Source: Croceimicrobium sp. (GTDB lineage Bacteria > Bacteroidota > Bacteroidia > Flavobacteriales > Schleiferiaceae). Taken from it: 64,000 bases of DNA. The stretch lies in the NCBI GenBank assembly GCA_965658965.1, contig CBFHVV010000006.1, positions 367 through 64,366 of the forward strand, written 5' to 3'. This document shows positions 1-9,582 of the stretch, piece after piece. A program made the position numbers and the translations under genes. Below the pieces are notes generated by a model that was not told the DNA's origin, ran no database searches, and saw only the letters and a program-made list of their open reading frames with translations. How positions within the stretch are numbered: the first letter of the stretch is position 1; the number at the start of each line of letters is the position of its first letter.

Positions 1-1836
1 TTTTTTGATCTGATACTGAGCACTGGCATTGAAAAGTAAAACAGGCTGATAAGCTTCGGGAGAACTAGCGCCGATGCGGATAAATTGACCTTCGCGCTGC
101 TGGTAGCTTACAGTATACATTAAGCTCAATCTTTCTCCTAATTTTTGCATTAAGCGCAAATTAAATTTATAGTTGAGATAGTCTAGTACGTAAACCGAAT
201 AATAGGGTGGGTTCTCAATTTCATCACTTTGATTATAGCTAAAGCCAAAATTGATATTATTGAAATACAGAGAATTTAGATGCGCCTTGAAACTATAATC
301 AAGGCTCAGTTCACCGCCCCTAAAGTTGGCACTTTGGGCATTGTTAGCGAGTAAGTCACAGGTGTCACAATCTTGCGTCCAATCTATAATATTCCTTCCA
401 ATGCGGCGATAGATACTCGCATTAAAGTGCCAGTTTTTATTGAGCCAGCGGTAACCAATTTCGTAATTGTAGGATTCTTCTTGCTCTAGGTTTTCACTGC
501 CTTGAGCGCCGCCAATATTGTAGTATAATTCAGTAAAACTCGGCAAACGAAAGGAGCGATTAAAGCTGGCATAAACCCTTTGTCTTTTAAAGCGGTAGCC
601 AGCATTAAGAGCGGGGTAAAAGCCTAAGCCAAAAACGTCGTTGTAATTAACTTGAAGGGCCGCGGAGAGGTTTAATTTTTTAAAATTCACCAAATGTTCA
701 GCGGCCAAGGATAGGTTATTTCGCTGATCGCCTAAATTTAAGCTGCCACGTTCTTCTTTATTGCTTTCCTCCGCCAGTGGTTTCCCAAGATTGGTACTGC
801 GGATTTGTTCGTAGCGATAATCGGCATTGAGATTAGTCTTACCCCACTTGCTATGATGGCTTAAGTTAGTTCTCAAGCCATATACATCCGAGCGATGGTA
901 ATTATGGTCTGTATACCAAGCAGGGACGGTGTCTAGCCCATTGATAAAGCGGCCATTGGTAAATTCATAAAAACCGTCTCCTTCTCTAAAAAGTTGAAAC
1001 TCATCCCAATTGGTGCGGGCATAAAGGTCACTACTCCAGGTAGATGAGCCCAACTGCTGCTGCCAATTTAAGCTAGCATTTAGAGTGCGAGTTTTTTCAT
1101 ATTGCTCTGGATAACGGGTAGAGTAGAAATTTTGTGCTCCGAAGTTTTGGGCGTTAAAACCACCATTAAATTTAAGTGTATGGCCATTAATATTCCAATT
1201 ACTTTCGGCCCAAAGGGTACTGAGGTCAAAGTCGGTATTTTCCTTAAAGCCTCCCGAACGATTATGTCCGGCACTTATGCGGGAGTTATGCTTTTTCCCA
1301 CTCCAGTCTACGCTAGCCTGAGAATTGAAGCTCGCGAAGCTTCCACCACCTAATTGAATTTCGGTATTGGTTTTGGTGCCCGTATTTTTCTTGGTAATAA
1401 TATTTATAGCACCGCTAAAGCTATTGGCTCCAAAAATATACGAGGCTCCACCCATAAGTACTTCAATTCTTTCGATGTCGCTCAAAGCGAAGGGTAGGTT
1501 CATAAGATGATGACCAGTTTGTGGATCGCTTAGCCGAACTCCATTAACCAACACTAGTACCTGCTCGAAAGTGCCACCTCGGATGCTAAGGTCGGTTTGA
1601 GTGCCAAATATTCCCCTTTGTTGCGCATCTACGCCCGTAATAAAGTCCAGCATCTCTGCGACCGAGTTTACTGGCGCATCTTCAATTTCGTCGCGGTTAA
1701 TAATCTGCACATTACGATTACTATTCAGTAAGCTCTGTTTATATGCGGCAGCCGAAACCACAACTGTGTCTAATAATTCTTGAGCTGGTAGAATGGTGCC
1801 TAAGAAAATGAAGAACAGGCTTAAAAGCTTTTTCAT
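1..1836 (-). CDS. TonB-dependent receptor (C-terminus cut by window edge)
   Basis: Absent from the ORF track because no stop lies inside the window. My manual minus-strand translation from the ATG at 1836 stays open for 612 codons to nt 1: MKKLLSLFFIFLGTILPAQELLDTVVVSAAAYKQ...LSIRGGTFEQVLVLVNGVRLSDPQTGHH...IERIEVLMGGAS. That gives a signal peptide and plug motifs, then a Tyr/Asn/Gly-rich barrel-like sequence. Confidence 0.85.
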   Translation of the reverse strand, partial: MKKLLSLFFIFLGTILPAQELLDTVVVSAAAYKQSLLNSNRNVQIINRDEIEDAPVNSVAEMLDFITGVDAQQRGIFGTQTDLSIRGGTFEQVLVLVNGVRLSDPQTGHHLMNLPFALSDIERIEVLMGGASYIFGANSFSGAINIITKKNTGTKTNTEIQLGGGSFASFNSQASVDWSGKKHNSRISAGHNRSGGFKENTDFDLSTLWAESNWNINGHTLKFNGGFNAQNFGAQNFYSTRYPEQYEKTRTLNASLNWQQQLGSSTWSSDLYARTNWDEFQLFREGDGFYEFTNGRFINGLDTVPAWYTDHNYHRSDVYGLRTNLSHHSKWGKTNLNADYRYEQIRSTNLGKPLAEESNKEERGSLNLGDQRNNLSLAAEHLVNFKKLNLSAALQVNYNDVFGLGFYPALNAGYRFKRQRVYASFNRSFRLPSFTELYYNIGGAQGSENLEQEESYNYEIGYRWLNKNWHFNASIYRRIGRNIIDWTQDCDTCDLLANNAQSANFRGGELSLDYSFKAHLNSLYFNNINFGFSYNQSDEIENPPYYSVYVLDYLNYKFNLRLMQKLGERLSLMYTVSYQQREGQFIRIGASSPEAYQPVLLFNASAQYQIKK

Positions 1837-1916
1837 AGTGTATGATTTTCGGCGGGCAAAACTATAATAAAAAGGAAGCTATGCTAGGGGATAAAGAAAA
1901 ATTATACATTTGCCGC

Positions 1917-2013
1917 TTCTCACGGGGTGCTCACAATTATTGTGGGCTGAGATTATACCCATTATCGCTTCTTGCGGTAAGCACCTGATCCGGATAATGC
2001 CGGCGTAGGGAAA
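1917..2013 (+). promoter_or_regulatory. TPP (THI-box) riboswitch aptamer
   Basis: Hallmarks read directly: cacGGGGTGCtcacaattattgtgGGCTGAGAttatACCCatt...gcACCTGATCCGGATAATGCCGGCGTAGGGAaagg. It lies about 80 nt upstream of the ATG at 2091 on the same strand. Confidence 0.85.
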
Positions 2014-2090
2014 GGATGTTAAAGGCATTCGAGGTTTATTTATTAATTTTAGGAGCATACCCCGGTTTTCCTTTCATAATTTATTTTTTT

Positions 2091-4202
2091 ATGAAAAGAC
2101 GACTACTAGTTTTTGCTGTTTTGGGATTGAGCACCCAAGTCGCGTTAGCTCAAAATACGGAGGACAGTCTTCGTGTAGAACAATTAGAAGAAGTAACAAT
2201 TTCGGCAGTGCGCGCCGCAGAAGATGCCCCGGTGGCACAGGTTACGGTAAATCGAAAGACAATCGAAAAGCAGTTTTTTGGCCAAGACGGTGCCTTTCTG
2301 CTAGAAAATCTCAGTCCTTCTTTAGTTTCTTATTCAGAGTCGGGAACAGGTTTAAGTAATTATGGGCAAATGCGCTTGCGCGGAATCGATCAGACGCGTA
2401 TTAACATTACCCTTAATGGTGTGCCTCTAAACGACATGATTGATCAGGGGGTATTTTTCTCCAACTTTGTAGACTTTGGTAATAGTATAGAATCTGTACA
2501 GATTCAACGCGGGGTTGGCACTAGTACCAATGGAGTTTCTTCTTATGCAGGCTCCGTTAATTTTGAGTCTATTTCGCTAGCGAATGCAAAACCTTCGGCC
2601 GAATTGCAGTTTACGGGTGGCTCTTTTAATACTCTAAGAGCTAGTGCCGAAGTGAGCACCGGCTTACAAGAAAACCGAACAGCATTTTATGCACGTGTAA
2701 GCCGTATTCAGAGCGACGGTTATCGCTATAATACCAGTACTGCAGCCAATTCATTGTTTTTCTCTGGCGCCTATTTTGGTAAAAAGCACGCCTTTAAATT
2801 TACGGGTTTCGCAGGTCAAAGCCAGAACGGATTGGGCTATACTCCCGTTCCTTTGGCGCAAATTCAGCAAGATCCGCGCACTAATTTAGTGTCGGAAAAT
2901 GACATCGATAATTTTGGTCAATATTTGTTTCAGCTGCAGCATACCTATCGATTGGGAGCCAAAAGCAGCCTAGTCTCCACGGTCTATCACGGCGGCGCCG
3001 GCGGTGACTTTCCTTTCGGTTACGATGATAATGGTGCTTTTGCCCAAATTAATTACCCACTTTATAATAGCCATTGGGGGCTTATGTCTAACTACAATTT
3101 AAAAAGTGAGAAAGCAGGCGACTTTGCCCTTGGTTTACATGCCTATACTTTTAATCGTCGCAATTTAGAGTACATAATTCCAAACCGTAATGCGCCCTAT
3201 TATGAGGATGAAAGCACCAAAGATGAGTTGGCACTATTTGCTAAATGGGAAAAAGCTTTCAGTTTAAAGGGAGAAAATAGCGAAGATCTAAAGCTATTTG
3301 CAGATGTGCAATTACGTCAAGTTGCTTTAAATTTAGGGGCAGACCCAGAAGCTTTAGGCGAAGAGCCAGCAGTTCCTACTCGCAATTTTACTTTCGTAAA
3401 TCCTAAGTTAGGACTTAGTTATCAGTTAAATAGAAATTGGCAGCTTTACAGTTCTTTCGGAAGAAGTGGGCGCGAGCCAACACGCTTTGATATTCTTGGT
3501 GCTACAGCCGTAAACAGTTCTAATATTGGCCTATTGCGCGATGTGAATTCTGTAAAAGCGGAATATGTAAATGATTTGGAGCTTGGGACGCGTTGGAATA
3601 CCGAAAAAGTCTCCTTACAGCTGAACCTCTTTTACATGCAGTTTGAAAATGAAATTGCGCCCATTGGTGAATACATTGCCGCGGGCTTTGTGCAGGTGTA
3701 CTTAAACCAAGAAGCAAGTTCTCGTCAGGGTATTGAGCTAAATGGTACTTGGGATATTAGCAATACATTTTTCAATAAAGCTAATATGCTAACCATGGGT
3801 GGGCAGTTAAGCTTGCTGCAGGCGCAGATAAGCAGCTACCAGCAAAACGATTCTAGCGAAGTGTTCGAGAATGTTACTCCTATATTAAGTCCACAAGTAA
3901 ACGGACAAGTTAATTTAAGCTATTCCCCAATTAAAGATTTAAGTTTTAGCCTTGGTGCGCGCTATTTGGGAGAGCAGTTTATGGAGTTAACTAATAACGA
4001 GGATTTAATTGTGCCTTCTTCTTTGATTTTTAATTTAAGTGCCAACTGGAAATTCCATAAAGAACACAGCCTTAGTTTTCAGCTGAACAACCTCACTAAT
4101 GAGCTTTATTATACCTACGGAGCCCCAGATTTAAATGGCGGCCCCGCTTATTTCGTTCAGGCACCATATCATGGTTATGTAACCTTAAGATTAGTTTTTT
4201 AG
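2091..4202 (+). CDS. TonB-dependent receptor under TPP riboswitch control
   Basis: ORF 2016..4202. The likely true start is the ATG at 2091 (MKRRLLVFAVLGLSTQVALAQ signal peptide). Plug motifs are present (VTISAVR..., MRLRGIDQTRINITLNGVPLND, VQIQRGVGTS), and the long barrel ends in ...VTLRLVF. Confidence 0.85.
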   Translation: MKRRLLVFAVLGLSTQVALAQNTEDSLRVEQLEEVTISAVRAAEDAPVAQVTVNRKTIEKQFFGQDGAFLLENLSPSLVSYSESGTGLSNYGQMRLRGIDQTRINITLNGVPLNDMIDQGVFFSNFVDFGNSIESVQIQRGVGTSTNGVSSYAGSVNFESISLANAKPSAELQFTGGSFNTLRASAEVSTGLQENRTAFYARVSRIQSDGYRYNTSTAANSLFFSGAYFGKKHAFKFTGFAGQSQNGLGYTPVPLAQIQQDPRTNLVSENDIDNFGQYLFQLQHTYRLGAKSSLVSTVYHGGAGGDFPFGYDDNGAFAQINYPLYNSHWGLMSNYNLKSEKAGDFALGLHAYTFNRRNLEYIIPNRNAPYYEDESTKDELALFAKWEKAFSLKGENSEDLKLFADVQLRQVALNLGADPEALGEEPAVPTRNFTFVNPKLGLSYQLNRNWQLYSSFGRSGREPTRFDILGATAVNSSNIGLLRDVNSVKAEYVNDLELGTRWNTEKVSLQLNLFYMQFENEIAPIGEYIAAGFVQVYLNQEASSRQGIELNGTWDISNTFFNKANMLTMGGQLSLLQAQISSYQQNDSSEVFENVTPILSPQVNGQVNLSYSPIKDLSFSLGARYLGEQFMELTNNEDLIVPSSLIFNLSANWKFHKEHSLSFQLNNLTNELYYTYGAPDLNGGPAYFVQAPYHGYVTLRLVF

Positions 4203-4208
4203 AAGCTT

Positions 4209-5240
4209 ATGAAAAAGTATATTTTACTAGTATCGATGACTGTCTTATTTGCCTGCAAGCAAAATAATGACACATCTACGGAAGTGACGCAAGAAGTGGA
4301 AAAACCTAGCTCTGGCTTAGATACCTTGCACTTAGCGTTAGATTGGACGCCGAATGTTTTACACGCTGGTATTTTTTGGGCGGAACAAAAAGCTTGGTTT
4401 GAGGAAGAAGGAATCTTTTTAAACTGGGATACCCCCGAAATTGACAACTACACAAAAAAGCCTGTCTTTAGGTTGTTAGATGGAGAAGTAGATTTGGCTG
4501 TGGGACCTTCTGAGCATCTTTTTGCTTTTGCAGCAGACAGCAGCGGTTTAAAGGCACAGGCGGTAGCAAGTATTTTGCAAGCCGATCGTAGTGCTTTTGT
4601 GCTCAAGGCAGATGCGCAAATTGAAAGCCCTGCGGATATAAAGGAATTAACCTATCTCGGCTATCACACTCCCTTAGAGCGCGAAATTTTAAATGCGATG
4701 ATAGAGAACGCTGGAGGACAGGCGGCTTACCAGACGAAAGAGCCTGGCCGCTTAGCCGTGTGGGATGCTTTTATGCAGGACTCTGGCCAGGTGGCTTGGG
4801 TGTTTCTGCATTGGGAAGCCATTTTAGCGGCACAAGAAGGCATAAAGCTAAGTACTTTTATACCTAATGATTACGACGTGCCTTATGGATATTCTTCCGT
4901 TATTATGGCGCCGAAAGAGCTGAATAGTGAAAAGGCCGAATTGCTAAAGCGTTTTCTGAAGGTCTTAGAACGTGCTTATATTAGTGTTTCCGAAAACCCG
5001 AGGGCAGCAGTAGAAAACTTGCGAGTGAACTACCAGCATGTAAATTTTAAAGATTCACTTTTTGTAAGCCAGGCTATGGCAAATATTTCTCCCTATTTTT
5101 TGGATGAAACGAAAGCTTGGGGGAAAATGAAAACAGAAAAATGGCAAGCCTATTATCAGTGGATGGAAGCGCGCGGTTTAGCGGATCTTTCAGATTCGGT
5201 ACAGGCGGAAATTTTCACGAATGAATATCTTCCTAAATAG
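4209..5240 (+). CDS. NMT1/THI5-like (ThiY-type) substrate-binding lipoprotein
   Basis: Lipobox MTVLFAC. The motif LDWTPNVLHAGIFWAEQKAWFEEEGI is typical of NMT1/THI5 periplasmic-binding-fold proteins. The gene starts 6 nt after the TBDR stop. Confidence 0.7.
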   Translation: MKKYILLVSMTVLFACKQNNDTSTEVTQEVEKPSSGLDTLHLALDWTPNVLHAGIFWAEQKAWFEEEGIFLNWDTPEIDNYTKKPVFRLLDGEVDLAVGPSEHLFAFAADSSGLKAQAVASILQADRSAFVLKADAQIESPADIKELTYLGYHTPLEREILNAMIENAGGQAAYQTKEPGRLAVWDAFMQDSGQVAWVFLHWEAILAAQEGIKLSTFIPNDYDVPYGYSSVIMAPKELNSEKAELLKRFLKVLERAYISVSENPRAAVENLRVNYQHVNFKDSLFVSQAMANISPYFLDETKAWGKMKTEKWQAYYQWMEARGLADLSDSVQAEIFTNEYLPK

Positions 5241-5258
5241 GAACTTACAGATTAGCAT

Positions 5259-5293
5259 AAAAAAAGGCGGCAATGGAAATTGTCGCCTTTTTT
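5259..5293. terminator. Bidirectional intrinsic terminator between convergent operons
   Basis: aaaaaaGGCGGCAATggaaATTGTCGCCtttttt: a 9-bp stem with one G-U pair, an A-run on one side and a T-run on the other. Confidence 0.65.
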
Positions 5294-5308
5294 GTATTCT
5301 ATTTAGTA

Positions 5309-5839
5309 TTAAAACTCTTCTTTTTCCTGAAAGTCTTGCAGTGCATCTAAAGCACGACGCAAGCGATCTTTACCTTGTCCCTTTATAATGGCATAAGGCC
5401 TTTCAAAGCCTTTTACGAGCTCTAAGTGGCGTTGGTATATTTCAAGCTGATCGTCGGGATTTTCGCGTAAGGGGTCATCCTCCCATTCTAAGTCTGGATA
5501 ACAAACGAAATAGATTTTACCTTCGGTAGATTCTTTGAGGCTTAAAAGCGCTGGGGGTAATTTATCGAATTTGCGCTCTGCCCAAACCTGAAAATTAATT
5601 AAATCCGTATCTAAAAATACCAGTTCAGCATTAATATGCAGGGCCTCCGCTTGCCTGCGACGATGGCCATCCAGTATTTTTATAAAATCTTGGTAGTTAT
5701 AATTGGGGCCGTGCTTTTCTAGGTATTCCCGGGCAAATTCTGGCACCCAGCGGCTGTGGGTAATTTCTGCTAGTTCTGCACAGAGCTGCGATTTTCCGCT
5801 GCACTCTGCGCCTGTTACTACAATCCTCATTAAATCCAA
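5309..5839 (-). CDS. NadR-type P-loop ATPase / ribosylnicotinamide-kinase-like protein
   Basis: Walker A VVTGAECSGKS, then WVPEFAREYLE, as in the NadR C-terminal kinase domain. It overlaps the upstream PnuC gene by 10 nt. Confidence 0.6.
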   Translation of the reverse strand: MDLMRIVVTGAECSGKSQLCAELAEITHSRWVPEFAREYLEKHGPNYNYQDFIKILDGHRRRQAEALHINAELVFLDTDLINFQVWAERKFDKLPPALLSLKESTEGKIYFVCYPDLEWEDDPLRENPDDQLEIYQRHLELVKGFERPYAIIKGQGKDRLRRALDALQDFQEKEEF

Positions 5840-6372
5840 GTTAGATAGCCATTAATGGCTAAAAATGTATAAACAACAAATAATAGGGCCGTAAGCTTTA
5901 AGCCCCTTTTCATGTAAAGGTAGATAGATACAATGTCTATAACTATCCAATATAACCAATTTTCAGGAAGCAAACTTACCATTAATGCGGTAGCGATGAT
6001 ACTAAAAACTGTAGTAAAGCTATCGAGCCAGGGTAGTTCTGCATCGCTGTATTTTTTTAGTGAGTAGCCAGAAGCGAGGCTCAGTAAGACGCCAAGGCTA
6101 ATTACCCCGATGTTAAGTTCCCAGCCTAGGCTTTTTGAATCCTGAAATAAACTTACATCCCACTGAAAATAGCCATATAGGGCCATTAGTAAGTAGAATA
6201 CTTGCAGTACAAATTCGGCGTATATTTTTTTTAAGTAGCAGAGGTAAATGAAAGCAATGGAAGCCAGGAAGGCAAAAAGCCAGCACCAAATTATTTGATA
6301 AGTAAGTAAAATAGTGTAGGTGATGCTGCAGAGCACAGCAAACCACTCAATCTGTTTAAGGTTGCCCCGCAT
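5830..6372 (-). CDS. PnuC/PnuT-family vitamin (nicotinamide riboside or thiamine) transporter
   Basis: IEWFAVLCSITYTILLTYQIIWCWLFAFLASIAFIYLCYLKKIYAEFVLQVFYLLMALYGYFQW matches the PnuC signature region as I remember it. The protein has multiple TM helices. Confidence 0.7.
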   Translation of the reverse strand: MRGNLKQIEWFAVLCSITYTILLTYQIIWCWLFAFLASIAFIYLCYLKKIYAEFVLQVFYLLMALYGYFQWDVSLFQDSKSLGWELNIGVISLGVLLSLASGYSLKKYSDAELPWLDSFTTVFSIIATALMVSLLPENWLYWIVIDIVSIYLYMKRGLKLTALLFVVYTFLAINGYLTWI

Positions 6373-6635
6373 TAATAGGCGGATAAGTCCATATTAGATA
6401 AGTCGTCTTTTAAAACCTTGAGAACAAAAGGGGCTTGGCCATCAGTAAAAGTCTTAGTTATTTCTTTTTCTAAAATGCTAAAAATTAATGCGGAGTCACC
6501 AAATACCTGCGTACTCAAAGGACTAACATGCACTTTTAAGGATTCGTGCATCTGCAGGGCTTTTAAAAAAGCATCTACCCTTTCTAAATAGTTTTCGGAA
6601 AGAGGGTGCATGGAGATTTCTACGCTAATTTTCAT
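6372..6635 (-). CDS. MTH1187/YkoF-like (UPF0045) small thiamine-binding-family protein
   Basis: The 87-aa protein has the pattern V..S..P......V......L......L......P..T...GD seen in MTH1187/YkoF family members. Assignment is from motif memory only. Confidence 0.5.
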   Translation of the reverse strand: MKISVEISMHPLSENYLERVDAFLKALQMHESLKVHVSPLSTQVFGDSALIFSILEKEITKTFTDGQAPFVLKVLKDDLSNMDLSAY

Positions 6636-7382
6636 TTAAAAGCTATGAATGGTTTGGGCTATTTCTTTAATAATTGCCGGGTTTTCTTCGGTGGCGTTAC
6701 CAATCACTATTACATCGGCCCCTGCTGCGCACAATTGCTTAGCTTGATCTGCACTGCGAATACCGCCGCCCACAATAATAGGTTTGTCTACTGCCTCTCT
6801 AACCGCTTTAATAATGGCGGGGTTTACTGTTTTATCAGCTCCGCTGCCTCCGTCTAAATAAAACTGACTAAGGCCTAACATTTCGCCAGCTAAGGCCGTA
6901 CAGGCCGCAATTTCTGGTTTGTTATAGGGTAGTGGGGCGCTGCCACTCATGTAAATTGCAGTAGTGCTTTGGCCACAATCTACTAGCATATAGCCCGTAG
7001 AAAGTGTTTCTAAATTGATTTGCTTTATATAAGGAGCGGAAATTACTTGATTGCCAATTAGTAAATCGGGGTTACGGCCAGAGATCAAACTCATAAAGAG
7101 AATGGCATCTGCCTGGGGCGAAACCTGCATGATACTTCCCGGGAATAAAATTACTGGTATAGTGGTATGAGATTTTACCGTTTTAATACAAGAGTCTAAA
7201 CTGCTTCCCGTAATAAGGCTTCCGCCGATGAAAATTAAATCAGCTGGAGCGTCATTCGCTTCTTGCACCAAGTTTACCAAGGCCTTATCCCCTAATTTAT
7301 CGGGATCTATTAATACCGCCAAGAGCTTTTTTGAATCAGCTTTAGCAGAGTTGATTATAGGTGAAATGGCCTTCCTAGTCAT
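6636..7382 (-). CDS. Geranylgeranylglyceryl-phosphate synthase family (PcrB/GGGPS) protein
   Basis: TIM-barrel GGGPS motifs: DLIFIGGS, ILFPG, FYLDGGSGA, PIIVGGGIRS, GADVIVIGNA. Confidence 0.8.
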   Translation of the reverse strand: MTRKAISPIINSAKADSKKLLAVLIDPDKLGDKALVNLVQEANDAPADLIFIGGSLITGSSLDSCIKTVKSHTTIPVILFPGSIMQVSPQADAILFMSLISGRNPDLLIGNQVISAPYIKQINLETLSTGYMLVDCGQSTTAIYMSGSAPLPYNKPEIAACTALAGEMLGLSQFYLDGGSGADKTVNPAIIKAVREAVDKPIIVGGGIRSADQAKQLCAAGADVIVIGNATEENPAIIKEIAQTIHSF

Positions 7383-7416
7383 GGGCTACAAACCTACTAA
7401 AATATCCCTTTATGAA

Positions 7417-8058
7417 TTAGTTTAAATTTGGCTTTCTATAGCTAAATCCCAAGCAAAAATCTGCCTCGGATTTTATAAATACCGGATGGGCTATTAATTG
7501 CTTCTTTTCACGAATCAAGCCTTGGCATACCTGCCTGTTGTTGAGGTTTATGGGTGAGACTCTAAGGTCTTTGCGTAAATCTAATTTGGTATTACCGCTT
7601 AATTTGATGAGGCTTTCTTTGGCGCACCAGAATGCGGCCATTTGCCTAAGGTAGTCGGTTTTACTTAAGGAATTAAGTTCTTGATCGCTTAAAAACCGCT
7701 TTGCTATTTTCGGAAATTGAGGACGGTAATTTTCAACATCTGCGCCAATATCTAAGTTGCTGCTTACCGCTGCTACAGCGTAATTGTGGCAGTGGCTTAA
7801 GGATATTCCTTGATAATTTTTTAGCTGAGGTTTGCCACTTTCATCGAAGCTTAGGCTATCAATATCCTCTATCAAAAGTTTGAGTGCTGCACGCGAGGCT
7901 AAAAATTCTGCTTGCTTCACTGGATGTTTAATTTTTTGCCACTTTTCCCTATCTGCTTTGGATAGATTGAGATCTTGCGAATCGATTTGATCGGAATCTT
8001 CAATTTTCCAAAGCGCTATTTCTAACCATTGCCATTTATAGATTCTATGTAAGGCCAT
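7417..8058 (-). CDS. 4'-phosphopantetheinyl transferase (Sfp-type)
   Basis: GKPQL...ISLSHCHNYAVAAVS...GADVE...FWCAKESLIKL motifs. Confidence 0.7.
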   Translation of the reverse strand: MALHRIYKWQWLEIALWKIEDSDQIDSQDLNLSKADREKWQKIKHPVKQAEFLASRAALKLLIEDIDSLSFDESGKPQLKNYQGISLSHCHNYAVAAVSSNLDIGADVENYRPQFPKIAKRFLSDQELNSLSKTDYLRQMAAFWCAKESLIKLSGNTKLDLRKDLRVSPINLNNRQVCQGLIREKKQLIAHPVFIKSEADFCLGFSYRKPNLN

Positions 8059-8099
8059 ATTAATTAGTTAAGCTTTTTAATGCCGAGATTTAGGGTATC

Positions 8100-8130
8100 T
8101 TTGCCAAAAATTTTATAACACCTATATTTA
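8100..8130 (+). promoter_or_regulatory. Bacteroidota-type promoter (-33 TTTG / -7 TATATTTA) for ahcY
   Basis: TTTG at 8100-8103, a 19-nt spacer, TATATTTA at 8123-8130, and the ATG at 8134 (very short leader). Confidence 0.5.
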
Positions 8131-8133
8131 GAT

Positions 8134-9450
8134 ATGAGTACGAAGGTAGGAAATTACACGCCATATAAAGTTAAGGACATTTCCTTAGCGGAATGGGGTA
8201 GAAGGGAAATTGAATTAGCAGAAGCGGAAATGCCAGGTTTAATGGCATTAAGAGAAGAGTTTGGTGCAGAAAAACCTTTGAAAGGATCACGTATAGCAGG
8301 CTGTTTGCACATGACCATCCAAACTGCGGTGTTAATTGAAACATTGGTAGAGTTAGGAGCAGATGTAACTTGGTCATCTTGTAATATTTATTCTACACAA
8401 GACCATGCAGCTGCGGCAATTGCCGCTACTGGTGTGCCAGTTTATGCTTGGAAAGGCATGAATGAAGAGGAATTTGAGTGGTGTATTGAGCAAACTTTAT
8501 TCTTCGGAGAAGAGCGTAAGCCATTAAATATGATTTTGGATGATGGTGGTGATTTAACCAATATGGTTTTAGACACGTATCCAGAATTAGCAGGTGACGT
8601 AAAAGGTTTAAGTGAAGAAACCACTACTGGTGTACACCGTTTATATGAGCGCATGAAAAATGGTACGCTTCCCATGCCTGCCATCAACGTCAACGATTCG
8701 GTAACCAAATCGAAATTTGATAATAAATATGGCTGTCGCGAATCTGCAGTAGATGCAATCCGTAGAGCTACAGATATTATGATGGCTGGTAAAGTGGCTG
8801 TAGTAGCCGGTTACGGTGATGTTGGTAAAGGTACCGCCGCTTCTTTACGCGGAGCAGGTTGTAGAGTAATTGTGACCGAAATTGATCCTATTTGTGCTTT
8901 ACAGGCAGCAATGGACGGTTTTGAAGTGAAGAAAATGGATACTTCCATTCCCGAAGCGGATATCATTATCACTGCTACCGGAAATAAAGATATTGTAAAA
9001 GGCCGCCACTTCGAGATTATGAAGGACAAGGCTATCGTTTGTAATATTGGTCATTTTGATAATGAGATTGATGTTTCTTGGTTAAAAACTAATCACGGCG
9101 AAAGTCATATCGAAATTAAGCCGCAGGTTGATAAATATACCATTGATGGTAAGGACATTATTCTACTTGCAGAAGGCCGCTTAGTAAACTTAGGATGCGC
9201 CACCGGTCACCCTAGCTTTGTGATGTCAAACAGCTTTACTAATCAAGTTTTAGCTCAGATTGAGCTTTGGAAGAATTCGGAGAAATACCCAAATGAAGTA
9301 TTTACGCTTCCAAAACATCTTGATGAGAAAGTAGCAGAATTACACTTATCAAAAATTGGAGTAGAACTAGAAACACTAAGCGAAGATCAAGCATCTTATA
9401 TTGGAGTAAAGGTAGAAGGCCCATATAAGCCAGAGTACTATCGCTACTAG
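8134..9450 (+). CDS. ahcY: Adenosylhomocysteinase
   Basis: The 438-aa protein has the canonical SAH hydrolase sequence: [29 protein letters not shown] site [11 protein letters not shown]-terminal YRY. Confidence 0.95.
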   Translation: MSTKVGNYTPYKVKDISLAEWGRREIELAEAEMPGLMALREEFGAEKPLKGSRIAGCLHMTIQTAVLIETLVELGADVTWSSCNIYSTQDHAAAAIAATGVPVYAWKGMNEEEFEWCIEQTLFFGEERKPLNMILDDGGDLTNMVLDTYPELAGDVKGLSEETTTGVHRLYERMKNGTLPMPAINVNDSVTKSKFDNKYGCRESAVDAIRRATDIMMAGKVAVVAGYGDVGKGTAASLRGAGCRVIVTEIDPICALQAAMDGFEVKKMDTSIPEADIIITATGNKDIVKGRHFEIMKDKAIVCNIGHFDNEIDVSWLKTNHGESHIEIKPQVDKYTIDGKDIILLAEGRLVNLGCATGHPSFVMSNSFTNQVLAQIELWKNSEKYPNEVFTLPKHLDEKVAELHLSKIGVELETLSEDQASYIGVKVEGPYKPEYYRY

Positions 9451-9473
9451 ATTGCAAAGATTTTAAGATCATT

Positions 9474-9503
9474 AAAAGCCTCCTTTTAAGGGGGCTTTTA
9501 TAT
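9474..9503 (+). terminator. Intrinsic terminator after ahcY
   Basis: AAAAGCCTCCttttaaGGGGGCTTTT: a 10-bp stem including one G-U pair, with a T-rich tail. Confidence 0.6.
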
Positions 9504-9582
9504 TTATAGCTAGTCTAAGTCCCTTTGTCATTAATAGTTTAGCTAATTTTGTTGTATTATTGTTAATCAAATTAACTCTGCG

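Noticed and set aside
2016-2090. An N-terminal extension of the TBDR ORF (MLKAFEVYLLILGAYPGFPFIIYFF).
   Set aside because: It overlaps the riboswitch expression platform and precedes a perfect signal peptide starting at the ATG at 2091.
8059-8133. A possible SAH riboswitch upstream of ahcY.
   Set aside because: The intergenic region is only 75 nt and is explained by -33/-7 promoter boxes with a 3-nt leader. There is no room or motif for an aptamer.
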